A DNA stretch of 64,000 nucleotides from the IMG/VR virus record IMGVR_UViG_2061766007_000327, one strand, 5' to 3'. Made by a program: the position numbers and the translations under genes. Of this stretch, positions 44,001 to 53,021 are shown one piece after another (position 1 is the first letter of the stretch; each line of letters begins with the position of its first letter). The notes under the pieces were generated by a model. The model was not told the DNA's origin, did not search any database, and saw nothing but the letters and a program-made list of their open reading frames with translations. Origin of the DNA: an uncultured virus (IMG/VR IMGVR_UViG_2061766007_000327) (taxonomy: Duplodnaviria > Heunggongvirae > Uroviricota > Caudoviricetes).

Positions 44001-45884
44001 AAACCACCGGATGACATAATCCCTGTCGAAATCCCCATAAAGGGACGGCTCAAGGATCGAGTCACTACCCACTTCCTTGAGCCTCACCCTCCAGACTTTC
44101 ATTCTACTTGACCTTTACCTCTGCCTTCCCGTCAGTCGCCTTGTCGACGAGGTCGCCCAGGTCGGTTACCCACAGGCATTCATCTTCGTACCCTAGAGTC
44201 ACGACCAACACCTTGCCGACCGCGACCTTCTTCGCCTGCTCTTCCTTGCTGTACGCCTTGAGGAAGACCAACTGCTGAATCACTCCGACTTCTTCCTCAT
44301 TCTTCGGGATGACCACATACGAGGTGTTATCGTCGCAACCGCTGCCGTAGAACAACTCGCACTCGCTCTTCTGAACAAGTGACATTTTTGACAGCCTAAT
44401 CTTCAGCACGCCCAGCGCACTCTTCTCGTACGCCTCGCACTCGCCCTGGATGTCGAACTCCGTTCCGTCCGCTGCGACATAGACATTCTTGTAATCCTTG
44501 ATTTCAATCTTCTTTGTTTCCATAATGCTTTTGTTTTAATTGTTAATATTATCTCATTTTGGTCGGCTCATACTCGCCCAACTTCTTCAGCAATTTAACT
44601 TCCTCCTCGATCAGCGTGTCACCGACCGTCCACCAATAGTCTCCTGCCCTCTCTGCATTCGCATAAAGTGAGCGGGCCATCTTTCTTAAGATAGCCCACT
44701 CGCGGTCACTCAACTTCATCGCCTCGCCCTCCTAGTCCATATAATCCGCCCATATCTTCCGGCCATCCCACTTGCTGAGATACCGATGGTTGTATCGTCC
44801 ACCGGTCTGCCAATGGCCTTCCCAGTCCAGGCAAGGCTTCGCATAGACCTCCTTGAATTCACCAAACCTCGGTCTGTGAGGAAACAGTGGTTCCTCGTAA
44901 CCCTGCTGACCTGTACAAGTCTTCTCAACCTCGTACATCTTGATGCCCTTCGCGGTCACCTTAGTGACTTTGTAAAAACAAGGGATTACCATCGAGTAAC
45001 CCCACGTTCCGGCGAGAATGTCGCCCACTTTGATTGTTGTTTCCATAACCTTATATTCTTTCAATAAAACAATACTTCCCATAACGAGCCTTCAAGGCTA
45101 TCATTTTCCTTGCTCGCTTCTCGCTCTCGAACGTGCCCACCTCGATCCGGCAGCCGTTCAACATCCTGTAAACTCTAAACATGACTATTCACTCTTTTCT
45201 GGTCTGCTCCCAGCAATCAGAAGCATCCCGATTAAACATACAATCTGTAACATAGCTATTTCTCGTAAAATTTACCGCCCTCAATCCCCCAATGGTTGTT
45301 CAAGAGCTGTTCGACCTGCCACTGCTTGCTGCACAATGCAATCGCCTCGCAAAAGTTGCTAATCATCATCTCTTTCTGCCAATCCAATTCGGGCATCTCT
45401 ACGTTCTCCGGCAATTCGAACACAAACGTCCGACCGCCCATTGTTCCGGCTATCTTATGGCCGTGAATGCTGCAAAACTCCTTGTACGGAGCAATCTGAA
45501 TACTACGCATAATTCCTATCCTATTTACCAAAGAATCCAACGACCAGGGCTGCAACCATCGCTACCCCGAAAACTGCTATTAACACAATCGCTGCAATCG
45601 TTGCCCCAAAATGACCGCAAACGATAGCACCAAAGAAGCTGAGTAACCCTACAATCATCAGGGCTACCTCAATGTAATCTCGCTTTTCCATATTATTCGC
45701 TTTTCAACTGCCTATCGAAAATGTACTGCCTTATCCTAAACGCTCGGGAATAATTCTCCCACTCGTTTAGGGAAAAACCCTCAGCATTCGCCCATATGGC
45801 AAACAACTGCTTGCATCTGGCATTTGCCTTATCCCAAAGCATCTGCCACTTGTCTCTATTCCTCATAACTCATCGTTATTGATT

Positions 45885-46290
45885 CGTGGGCGCATCGGGT
45901 ATCGCTCAACCGACTCGCCCAGCCGTTCGCCGTTCAGCTGTCTTAACTACTTTGCCCACTTTGGGCATCCCTTCCTCTGAACCGCCATAGCCATACAGTC
46001 GCTCGGGATCTTCGGCTCCCTTGCAACTCATCAGTTCGTTTAAGGCTGTGTTTCGGTCACCCTACTCCACTTATATGCACCCCACACCGGCCTCACCTCG
46101 ACTTACTCATTATTCAGGCTACCTTCAGCACTCTCACTCCTCATCCTCTCGCTCGGCAGTCCTATCCGCTCTTTCTCGTCGTTCTATCGTGCATATCGTC
46201 CAGCTTCCTTATCATCGGGTCGGGTCGCATCATCGTCCCATCAGATGCAACGCCCTACAAGGCTTTAGCAGTGGCTGGCCACTCTCTCGT
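45885..46290 (-). ncRNA. Candidate large structured non-coding RNA
   Basis: About 400 nt with no credible ORF, many nested helices on the minus strand (see findings) and purine-rich linkers. Confidence 0.5.
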
Positions 46291-46660
46291 TTAAAGTCCC
46301 TTATTAACTGACCTAATTATTCTTTTTCCGCGGTTCCAACGCCCAGGACCCACCCCTGGCACGAAGATCTGCGACGCCACCCCTGTGGCTGGCGCTGGTC
46401 GGCTGCTCTTACTCGGTCGGGTCGTTCGGATACAATCCGCCCTTTCAAACATACCGTTCCAGTCATTCGCCGTCGCGTTACTCCACTGTTCGGGCAGTCT
46501 TTTCAGGACTTGTTCAGACGGCAATACATACGCCCGCCAGCCGTTCGGCCGTCGTTCGTCGTTTGCCTATGTCGTTCAATGTCTGCCTATTCGACAGACG
46601 GAATGCATACAATGCATCCCGTAGGCTACAAACCTATAAAAATACCTACAAAATATTTAG

Positions 46661-46735
46661 ATGGTATCGACTGAATCGAACAGCCCAAAAGTAGGGACTA
46701 CCTAAATAGTCCCCACCTTTGCTCCAAGATACCAT
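46661..46735 (-). ncRNA. tRNA-like element (acceptor plus T-arm; D and anticodon arms replaced by one 14-bp hairpin)
   Basis: Minus strand: ATGGTATC-TTGGAGC-AAAGGTGGGGACTA-TTTAGG-TAGTCCCTACTTTT-G-GGCTG-TTCGATT-CAGTC-GATACCAT-CTAA. Confidence 0.65.
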
Positions 46736-46749
46736 TTGTAACAAATTTG

Positions 46750-47325
46750 TTACTTTTCCGGAAGCGTCACTGCATCCACTGCAATAAACTTGCTGACTTC
46801 AGAAAGACTTGCACCCAAAGCGCAACGTTTCGCGCCCTTTGTAGCGTTTTTCAGTGCTGACAAATAACCGATTGCAGTATCAACGTTCTTGACTTTGTAG
46901 TCGAATTCGCCGGATATCCGGTCTCCGTCTGCATCGTACTTTGCGACTTTGTTAAGGATAACGACCATTCCGTCAATTTCGGTGTAATATGGTGCGTATT
47001 TTCGGACAAACTCATCAACGTCATTGTTGCACTTCATTGATACTACTAACTTAGCGAATTCGCCGTTTGGGTCGGTTTCGCAAAATTCGCGAAATGCTAC
47101 CTTTGCAACGTTGTTGCTACCTAAATAGGCTATTGTTGCATCGGATTGCACTTTGATAGAAAGTTTACTTTCTTTGACAAGTGCTTTCGCTTGAGCTTGA
47201 ATTGCTTTCGCATCATCTTTGCCATAGTCGGCAACAAGTTTGTTGAATCTTTCAGCGACTTGACTGCAAGTGTTGCAATTTGCAGCAATTTGGCTAGCAA
47301 TTGCGTAAATTTCGCTTTTTTCCAT
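46750..47325 (-). CDS. First gene of the leftward early operon, hypothetical
   Basis: 191 aa, directly downstream of the TAACTTTG promoter box, with more AT-rich codon usage than its neighbours. Confidence 0.7.
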   Translation of the reverse strand: MEKSEIYAIASQIAANCNTCSQVAERFNKLVADYGKDDAKAIQAQAKALVKESKLSIKVQSDATIAYLGSNNVAKVAFREFCETDPNGEFAKLVVSMKCNNDVDEFVRKYAPYYTEIDGMVVILNKVAKYDADGDRISGEFDYKVKNVDTAIGYLSALKNATKGAKRCALGASLSEVSKFIAVDAVTLPEK

Positions 47326-47384
47326 TTCTCAATGTGTTTTTGTGTTAAACTTCAATATTGTGTCGTGGCACTTCAACCACATTG

Positions 47385-47392
47385 CAAAGTTA
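47385..47392 (-). promoter_or_regulatory. Bacteroidota -7 box for the leftward early operon
   Basis: CAAAGTTA on + reads TAACTTTG on -, with a very AT-rich upstream region. Confidence 0.7.
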
Positions 47393-47419
47393 AATATAAA
47401 ATTTAATATGATTTTATAA

Positions 47420-47484
47420 AATTACATTAAGAAATTAACGAATTTCATTAACTTTTTATCGAATTACATTTAAAAATTAACGAA
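47420..47484. repeat. 23-bp AT-rich direct repeat, two copies
   Basis: AATTACATT-AAG-AAATTAACGAA (47420-47442) and AATTACATT-TAA-AAATTAACGAA (47462-47484). Confidence 0.8.
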
Positions 47485-47944
47485 ATACAATAAAAATAAA
47501 AAATCGACTATAAATTTTGATAAAACGTTAATTATCTGATTTTCAATAACTTACAAACAAAAACTTTAAAAAATGACACATATACGCGCGTATTCCTCTA
47601 TATGACTCTAAAATTGTATCAGTGTATTAATGTACTAATACACCAAACGACAACCAGCGATCAGGACGTGTACTACCTTACTAATACACCCACACTGACG
47701 GCAGATCCGGATCGGCTGCCCGCTGCCTTAGTGCACTATCTTGCTAGTACACCTCCTGGGCGGTCTAAGATATGCTATTTTTATATGGTTTGTAACGTTC
47801 GTAACGTACTACGTAAGTATAGGGAAGGGAGGCACTTAAAACGTTTTATTTTTGAAGGCAATTCCAAAGGGTAGCGAGGCTTCGCCGGAAGCGAAAGGCC
47901 AGACGCGGGGGTGCGACTCTGAAATTTTTTTTTCGTTTTTGTCG

Positions 47945-48222
47945 GTGTAGCCTGGTGTAGCCCGAAGTGCGTAAAAGTTACCAACCCTCATCCGAACTAC
48001 ATCCTTCATTATATTAAATATTAATAACTTATGATTTTTAGTGTAGGAATGTAGTTAGGTATTAATAAATAAAACACAAGTTGTTGCTCTTATACGTGTA
48101 TAAAAAGAATGGCATTTCAGACTACACTCCTACACTGGATCTCTGTAACTGCCGTGAGTATCAGTGCGTTAAGCCGGTGTAGTCTAAAATGTAGGGTATA
48201 CACTGCCCTACACTGACTACAC
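47945..48222. repeat. Cluster of (G/A)TGTAG / CTACAC iteron-like repeats, putative replication origin
   Basis: About 11 copies in both orientations around an AT-rich core, at the strand switch upstream of the primase/helicase operon. Confidence 0.6.
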
Positions 48223-48271
48223 CTGGCACGGGAATTGCAGCGCTCGGCGGATTAAAAAAAACGAATGGTCT

Positions 48272-48427
48272 ATGGACAAGAGAGAATTAAGGTTAGGTGA
48301 CGAGGTGCTCTGGAACGGGCGCGTTGCGGTTGTTGACACATTGACGCAGACGTGTGTCGCGTTGGTGTGCATGGATAATGACGACTACGTGATCGTGAGT
48401 TATGCCGACGTTCAGCGGAAGAATTAG
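48272..48427 (+). CDS. Small hypothetical protein (MDKRELRLGDEVLWNGR...)
   Basis: 51 aa ORF read by hand, below the track cutoff, overlapping the next gene. Confidence 0.55.
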   Translation: MDKRELRLGDEVLWNGRVAVVDTLTQTCVALVCMDNDDYVIVSYADVQRKN

Positions 48428-48860
48428 GGATCGCCGGGTGAGCATCGGCGGGAGGTATGAGGTCAGTGACCTGGGGGTCGTCTACAGTGACGGGATGCCC
48501 CTGGCTGCGATCGGCGGAGTCGGTGTGAACCTCGGCGGGAAGCGGGTGAAGATCGCGGAGCTGGTTGCCGGGGCTTTCCTAGAGAAGGAGGAGGGGAAGT
48601 GCTGGGTGCGGCACCGGAACGGGGATGTGCGGGACAACCGGGTCTGCAATCTGGAGTGGAGTGACGAGCGTGAGGAGCCGAGGGGGCGTAGGAGCACGGA
48701 GCGGGTTGTGCGTGCGTTGCGTTTCGACGGCGAGGTGGTCGGTCAGTGGCGGAGCGTCCGGGAGGCGAGTGATGCGAGTGGTGTGAAGGCTGAGGGGATC
48801 AGGGCTTGCCTGCGAGGTGCGAGGAGGAGCAGCGGCGGGTTGCTCTGGATGGAGTTGTGA
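48402..48860 (+). CDS. HNH endonuclease-like protein with NUMOD4-like and NUMOD1-like segments
   Basis: 'YEVSDLG.V', 'VRHRNGDVRDNRVCNLEW', and a C-terminal 'WRSVREAS...G.....I..CL.G....GG..W'. Confidence 0.8.
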   Translation: MPTFSGRIRDRRVSIGGRYEVSDLGVVYSDGMPLAAIGGVGVNLGGKRVKIAELVAGAFLEKEEGKCWVRHRNGDVRDNRVCNLEWSDEREEPRGRRSTERVVRALRFDGEVVGQWRSVREASDASGVKAEGIRACLRGARRSSGGLLWMEL

Positions 48861-48885
48861 ATTTGTGAGGAATGTGTTATCTTTG
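48855..48885 (+). promoter_or_regulatory. Bacteroidota-type promoter
   Basis: TTG at 48855-48857 and TATCTTTG at 48878-48885, before ATG 48904. Confidence 0.65.
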
Positions 48886-48903
48886 CCGAAAAGGATTTTC
48901 ATT

Positions 48904-49149
48904 ATGTATAGCATTTGCGACAAGGTATGGTATCTGAACACCGCGACGGGGAGGTACGACTCGGCGGAGGTGAAGCGTGTGCAGGTGGTAGCCACCGGCA
49001 TCAGCAAGGACGAGCAGGGCAACAATGTCCTGGACGGTTCGATAGTGTTGTATGAGACCCTCGAGGGTCCGACGCTTGCGGAGTGTGAGGTTTTCGCGAG
49101 CGAGGATGACGCGAGGGCATACTGGAAGAATAAGATCTCTGAGATCTAG
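48904..49149 (+). CDS. Hypothetical protein
   Basis: 81 aa following the promoter. Confidence 0.6.
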   Translation: MYSICDKVWYLNTATGRYDSAEVKRVQVVATGISKDEQGNNVLDGSIVLYETLEGPTLAECEVFASEDDARAYWKNKISEI

Positions 49150-49225
49150 TCCGCCGTGAGGCGCGCTGCTCTTTTGTTTTTGTGTTTTAGTGTTGTTTTT
49201 ACTGGCAGTCGGGAAAGACCGGCGA

Positions 49226-49291
49226 GGGTGAGGTAGCTCAGTTGGTTAGAGCGCGGTAAGAGGTCGGAGGTTCGAGTCCTCCCCTTGCTCC
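49226..49291 (+). ncRNA. tRNA-like RNA lacking the anticodon arm
   Basis: GGGTGAGG-TA-GCTC-AGTTGGTTA-GAGC-GCGGTAA-GAGGTC-GGAGG-TTCGAGT-CCTCC-CCTTGCTC. D and T arms are canonical, but only 7 nt sit where the anticodon arm should be. Confidence 0.75.
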
Positions 49292-49770
49292 GAAGGTAAT
49301 GTAGTATAAGTGGTATGATCGCCCCGGGCGGTATCCGTTGCAAGCGGCCGTCGTGGAGAGATNNNNNNNNNNNNNNNNNNNNNNNNNNNNNNNNNNNNNN
49401 NNNNNNNNNNNNNNNNNNNNNNNNNNNNNNNNNNNNNNNNNNNNNNNNNNNNNNNNNNNNNNNNNNNNNNNNNNNNNNNNNNNNNNNNNNNNNNNNNNNN
49501 NNNNNNNNNNNNNNNNNNNNNNNNNNNNNNNNNNNNNNNNNNNNNNNNNNNNNNNNNNNNNNNNNNNNNNNNNNNNNNNNNNNNNNNNNNNNNNNNNNNN
49601 NNNNNNNNNNNNNNNNNNNNNNNNNNNNNNNNNNNNNNNNNNNNNNNNNNNNNNNNNNNNNNNNNNNNNNNNNNNNNNNNNNNNNNNNNNNNNNNNNNNN
49701 NNNNNNNNNNNNNNNNNNNNNNNNNNNNNNNNNNNNNNNNNNNNNNNNNNNNNNNNNNNNNNNNNNNNNC

Positions 49771-50949
49771 AGTGCCAAGGGGATCAAGGACTTGTGCATG
49801 AACAAGCTGAAGACGGACGAGAGGTGTCGCTTTGTGGCGGACCGGAGGTATGTCTGTTTCCGCAATGGGGTGTTCGATTGTGTGACCGGCAAGTTGCTGG
49901 GTTTCGACGTGCGTTACAAGACGGACATCATCTTGGATTTCGACTATAAGGATGGTGCGGTGAGTGCGTTGTGGGACAAGGTCTTGGCTCAGACTGTGCC
50001 GGATGTTAATATGCGTGAGACGTTCCATCAGTTCTGCGGTTGTTTTTTAGCGAAGAGGGAAGAATACAAGATCGAGTATATCTGTTTTGTCGTGGGCGAG
50101 GGGCAGAATGGCAAGAGTATCATCTGCAAGGCGGTTATCAACACTCTCGGGAGGGGTGTCGCGAGTGCGTACAGCCCCGAGCAGCTGTTCAAGAGCAGCC
50201 AGGCGGAGTACCATCTGGCCGATGTGAACGGGAAGATAGTGAATTACTGTGACGATGTGAGCAAGAAGGACTTCTCCGGAGGCGATTTCAAGCAGTTCGT
50301 GAGTGGCGGGGAGTTTACTGGCAGGCATCCTTACAGCAAGAGACCGACGAAGGTGAACAAGATCCCGCTTATGTTGTGTTGCGCCAATAATATTCCTCCG
50401 ACGACGGATGACACGGAGGGGTATTTCCGGCGTTTTTTGATTATACTGGCTCCGAATCACATTGACGAGCGGGACAAGGATGTCACTTTGGAGGCGAAGT
50501 TGCAGGCGGATGATGTGAAGGCGGCTATTTTCAACTGGATTTACGAGGGGTATAAGGCTTTTGTGGCGAACGGGGGCAAGATCGATGTGGCGTCGACCGT
50601 CAAGGACGTGATAGAGGAGATGCGCGCGACGAGCAACTCGCTGCGGAGGTGGTTGAGTGAGTACAATTACGGGAAGGTAGAGCCGGACGGGTCTGGCGAT
50701 CCTAGATGGAAGCCTCTGAAGGCTTGGTGCAAGGAGTACATAGAGTACTGCCAGGACTTCGGGGAGCAGCCGAAGAACAAGAATGCCGTCACGGAGATGT
50801 TCAAGAAGATGGGCTTGGCGAAGACGAGGAGGAGCGACGGTATGTGGTATTGCATGGGCGTTGTCGAGGAGCCGAAGCCTCGCAGGAAGGAGGAAAAGGA
50901 GGATGATATGCCGAATTTTGCTGAACCTTTGAATTATTTGCCGTTCTGA
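49771..50949 (+). CDS. D5/P4-family primase-helicase, SF3 helicase part (5' part lost in the assembly gap)
   Basis: 'FRNGV.D..TG', Walker A 'GEGQNGKS', 'CCANNIP..DD.T.G..RR'. Confidence 0.9.
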   Translation, partial: SAKGIKDLCMNKLKTDERCRFVADRRYVCFRNGVFDCVTGKLLGFDVRYKTDIILDFDYKDGAVSALWDKVLAQTVPDVNMRETFHQFCGCFLAKREEYKIEYICFVVGEGQNGKSIICKAVINTLGRGVASAYSPEQLFKSSQAEYHLADVNGKIVNYCDDVSKKDFSGGDFKQFVSGGEFTGRHPYSKRPTKVNKIPLMLCCANNIPPTTDDTEGYFRRFLIILAPNHIDERDKDVTLEAKLQADDVKAAIFNWIYEGYKAFVANGGKIDVASTVKDVIEEMRATSNSLRRWLSEYNYGKVEPDGSGDPRWKPLKAWCKEYIEYCQDFGEQPKNKNAVTEMFKKMGLAKTRRSDGMWYCMGVVEEPKPRRKEEKEDDMPNFAEPLNYLPF

Positions 50950-51881
50950 TGGGGAAGGAAGATAAATATAGGGCGATGTACGATCCTGTGGCTGCGCTAC
51001 GGAACGCTCCCCGTCTGTTGGGGATGGAGTTGACGGAGCATGGGGGCGGTCTTCAGGGAGGATATTACCTCAACGGGGATCGGCACGCATACAGGAGGGA
51101 TAAGTTGAAGGTCTTCATAAGCCGTGGCGGTGTCTGGGTCAGTGAGGAAGGCGGGAGATGTGTCTCGTTGGTGCAGTGGCTGATTGAGTTCGGTGGTGCT
51201 TCGGACTGGAAGGATGCCTTGAGGATGATAAAGGGCGAGAAGCAGGCGATCGACTGGAATCGGGAGGTGCGTGAGAGGTCGAAGAGGGAGCTGCGGTATG
51301 TGAGCCCGGATGTGCTGATCGGGGCGAAGGGATATGACTTGAAGAGATGTGCTTTGTTTAGGTGGATGTGCGGTTTGTTCCCGGAGGAGAAAGTAAGGGA
51401 GGCGTGGAATCTGTATAATGTGACGACTGACGCGAACGGGAATGCAGTATTTTGGTATGTAGATCAGAATGGGAAGATATTATATGACAAGAGGATATAT
51501 TATGGAGAAGATGGTCATAGGGACAAGCGGTTCTTCCCGGGAAGGAAGTTCAGAGTTGGTGACGGATATGCAGGAAAGGCTTATTTCGGAGCGTGTATTG
51601 CGAGTGACGGGCGAAAAACCTTTATTGTTGAGTCCGAAAAATCAGCGCTGCTCGGCTTCTTATATTATGGACGACGTTTTTTGGCTACCGGCGGGAAGGG
51701 CAATCTCCGTGAGGTGGAGGAAGGTATGATGCTGGTGCCGGATATGGACGCCCGGATGGAGTGGGAGGAGAAGGGAGAGGTCTGGCCTTGGTGGCGTAAG
51801 TGGGGCTTGCCGGAGTCTGAGATCGGAGATCACGCGGATATTGGCGATATGATTGTAGACAAAATACAGAAAGAGAGATGA
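50949..51881 (+). CDS. Primase-like TOPRIM protein
   Basis: 'FIVESEKSAL', 'FLATGG', 'VPDMD', and a terminal 'DIGD'. Confidence 0.7.
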   Translation: MGKEDKYRAMYDPVAALRNAPRLLGMELTEHGGGLQGGYYLNGDRHAYRRDKLKVFISRGGVWVSEEGGRCVSLVQWLIEFGGASDWKDALRMIKGEKQAIDWNREVRERSKRELRYVSPDVLIGAKGYDLKRCALFRWMCGLFPEEKVREAWNLYNVTTDANGNAVFWYVDQNGKILYDKRIYYGEDGHRDKRFFPGRKFRVGDGYAGKAYFGACIASDGRKTFIVESEKSALLGFLYYGRRFLATGGKGNLREVEEGMMLVPDMDARMEWEEKGEVWPWWRKWGLPESEIGDHADIGDMIVDKIQKER

Positions 51882-52540
51882 AGAACGCTTGGGACGGGAT
51901 ATGCAACGCTTATTTGAGGGCGTTTTGTAAGAAGCACCTGCTGGATATGAGCGAGGCTTACTGGGGGCACGATGATCCGGGCACGATTGCGTGCATCGAG
52001 GGTTTTTTCGTTGAGATGGATGTGATCCGTTATGATATTGACAACGATGTTGCTCCGGAGGTGTTCTGGCGATGGTACAATTACGACCTGGATATTTGCG
52101 AGCTGGAGGAGGATTTCCGTTATTATAAGGACGAGAAGGTTTTTATCCATATAAGTTACGCCAGTTTCTGTAAAGGTGCTCCGCTCCCTTATTCCTTGCA
52201 GGAAATTTCGGATATGAGGCGCGAAATTGCGGCTATGAAGGGTCCGGTAGACCACGGGAAGGAATATATAAAGATAATGTCGGGTATAGTCGGGACTGAC
52301 ATAACGGTGAGGAGTCGGAAAGCCCAGGTAACTTGGCCGAGATACCTTGTTATGTACCAGTTGAGGAAGGACGGGCTGTCGTTTCCGAAAATCGCACGCG
52401 TCTTCGGGGTGAATCATGCGACGGTGGTGCATGGGGTGAAGGGAGTGCAGGCTATGCTGGATATGCCGAGGATGTATCCCGATGAGATCAGGTTGTGGCA
52501 ACGTTTTCAAAAAATAATTAAAGATGAGCAAGTTTTCTGA
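51878..52540 (+). CDS. Protein with a C-terminal DnaA domain IV-like HTH
   Basis: 'SRK..V..PR...MY........SFP.IAR.FG.NHATVVHG.K'. Confidence 0.75.
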   Translation: MKNAWDGICNAYLRAFCKKHLLDMSEAYWGHDDPGTIACIEGFFVEMDVIRYDIDNDVAPEVFWRWYNYDLDICELEEDFRYYKDEKVFIHISYASFCKGAPLPYSLQEISDMRREIAAMKGPVDHGKEYIKIMSGIVGTDITVRSRKAQVTWPRYLVMYQLRKDGLSFPKIARVFGVNHATVVHGVKGVQAMLDMPRMYPDEIRLWQRFQKIIKDEQVF

Positions 52541-53009
52541 CAAAATCAAGACATTCTGGTTGTTCAATCTCCAGAATCCGGTAGTCCGTAAGGGGGAGGC
52601 CGGCGGTTTCAAATGGACATTCAGGCGTTACTGGCTGACGATAGAGACGGTCAGCGGCAATTTTAAGGCGCGGTTCACGGCGGCGGAGCATCCTTTCGGG
52701 TATCTGTTGACCGGTAAGGATAACTCGAACATTGAGGGTTACTGCCAGATGCTGTATGCGGTCGGGATGCTGCTGACCACGGACCAGGGGCTGGTGAACG
52801 ACATTACCAAGGCGTTCCAGAAGTACGACAAGAGAAGTACTCCGAAGACTGTCGAGGAAGACGAGGGCGAGGAGATCGCTGCAATCAAGGAAGTACAGGC
52901 TGTGCAGGAGCATATCGAGTTACCTAAGGCCGAGAGGAAGAAGAGGGAGAGGGATATCAACGGGCGTTTTGTTTCGGCTGTAAAAAAAGCAGAGAAACTT
53001 GCAGAATAG
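52524..53009 (+). CDS. Hypothetical protein
   Basis: 161 aa, overlapping the previous gene. Confidence 0.6.
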   Translation: MSKFSDKIKTFWLFNLQNPVVRKGEAGGFKWTFRRYWLTIETVSGNFKARFTAAEHPFGYLLTGKDNSNIEGYCQMLYAVGMLLTTDQGLVNDITKAFQKYDKRSTPKTVEEDEGEEIAAIKEVQAVQEHIELPKAERKKRERDINGRFVSAVKKAEKLAE

Positions 53010-53021
53010 CAAGATATTCTC

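Larger units (their letters stand above)
36317..45866 (-). other. Second array of small early hypothetical genes
   Basis: Densely packed acidic 50-200 aa minus-strand ORFs, e.g. 36317-36601, 36633-37055, 37081-37386, 37404-37784, 39510-39743, 41189-41785, 44104-44523 and 44732-45082. Confidence 0.7.

Noticed and set aside
43947..44102. Apparent intergenic hairpins (GCTCAAGGA...TCCTTGAGC)
   Set aside because: The interval is fully explained by a 51-aa minus-strand ORF (MKVWRVRLKEVG...), so the hairpins may be incidental.
45985..46060. Hammerhead ribozyme (CTGATGAG on the minus strand with a nearby GAAA)
   Set aside because: The stem after CTGATGA is followed by TGTA rather than GAAA, and the upstream GAAA lacks a stem III/UH arrangement.
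47400..48250. CRISPR array
   Set aside because: The repeats are short (6 bp) or present only twice, with no regular repeat-spacer periodicity.
49146..50028. Track ORFs running through the N-gap, including the MIAPGG start for the primase
   Set aside because: These are artefacts of translating Ns. The true 5' end of the primase is hidden in the gap.
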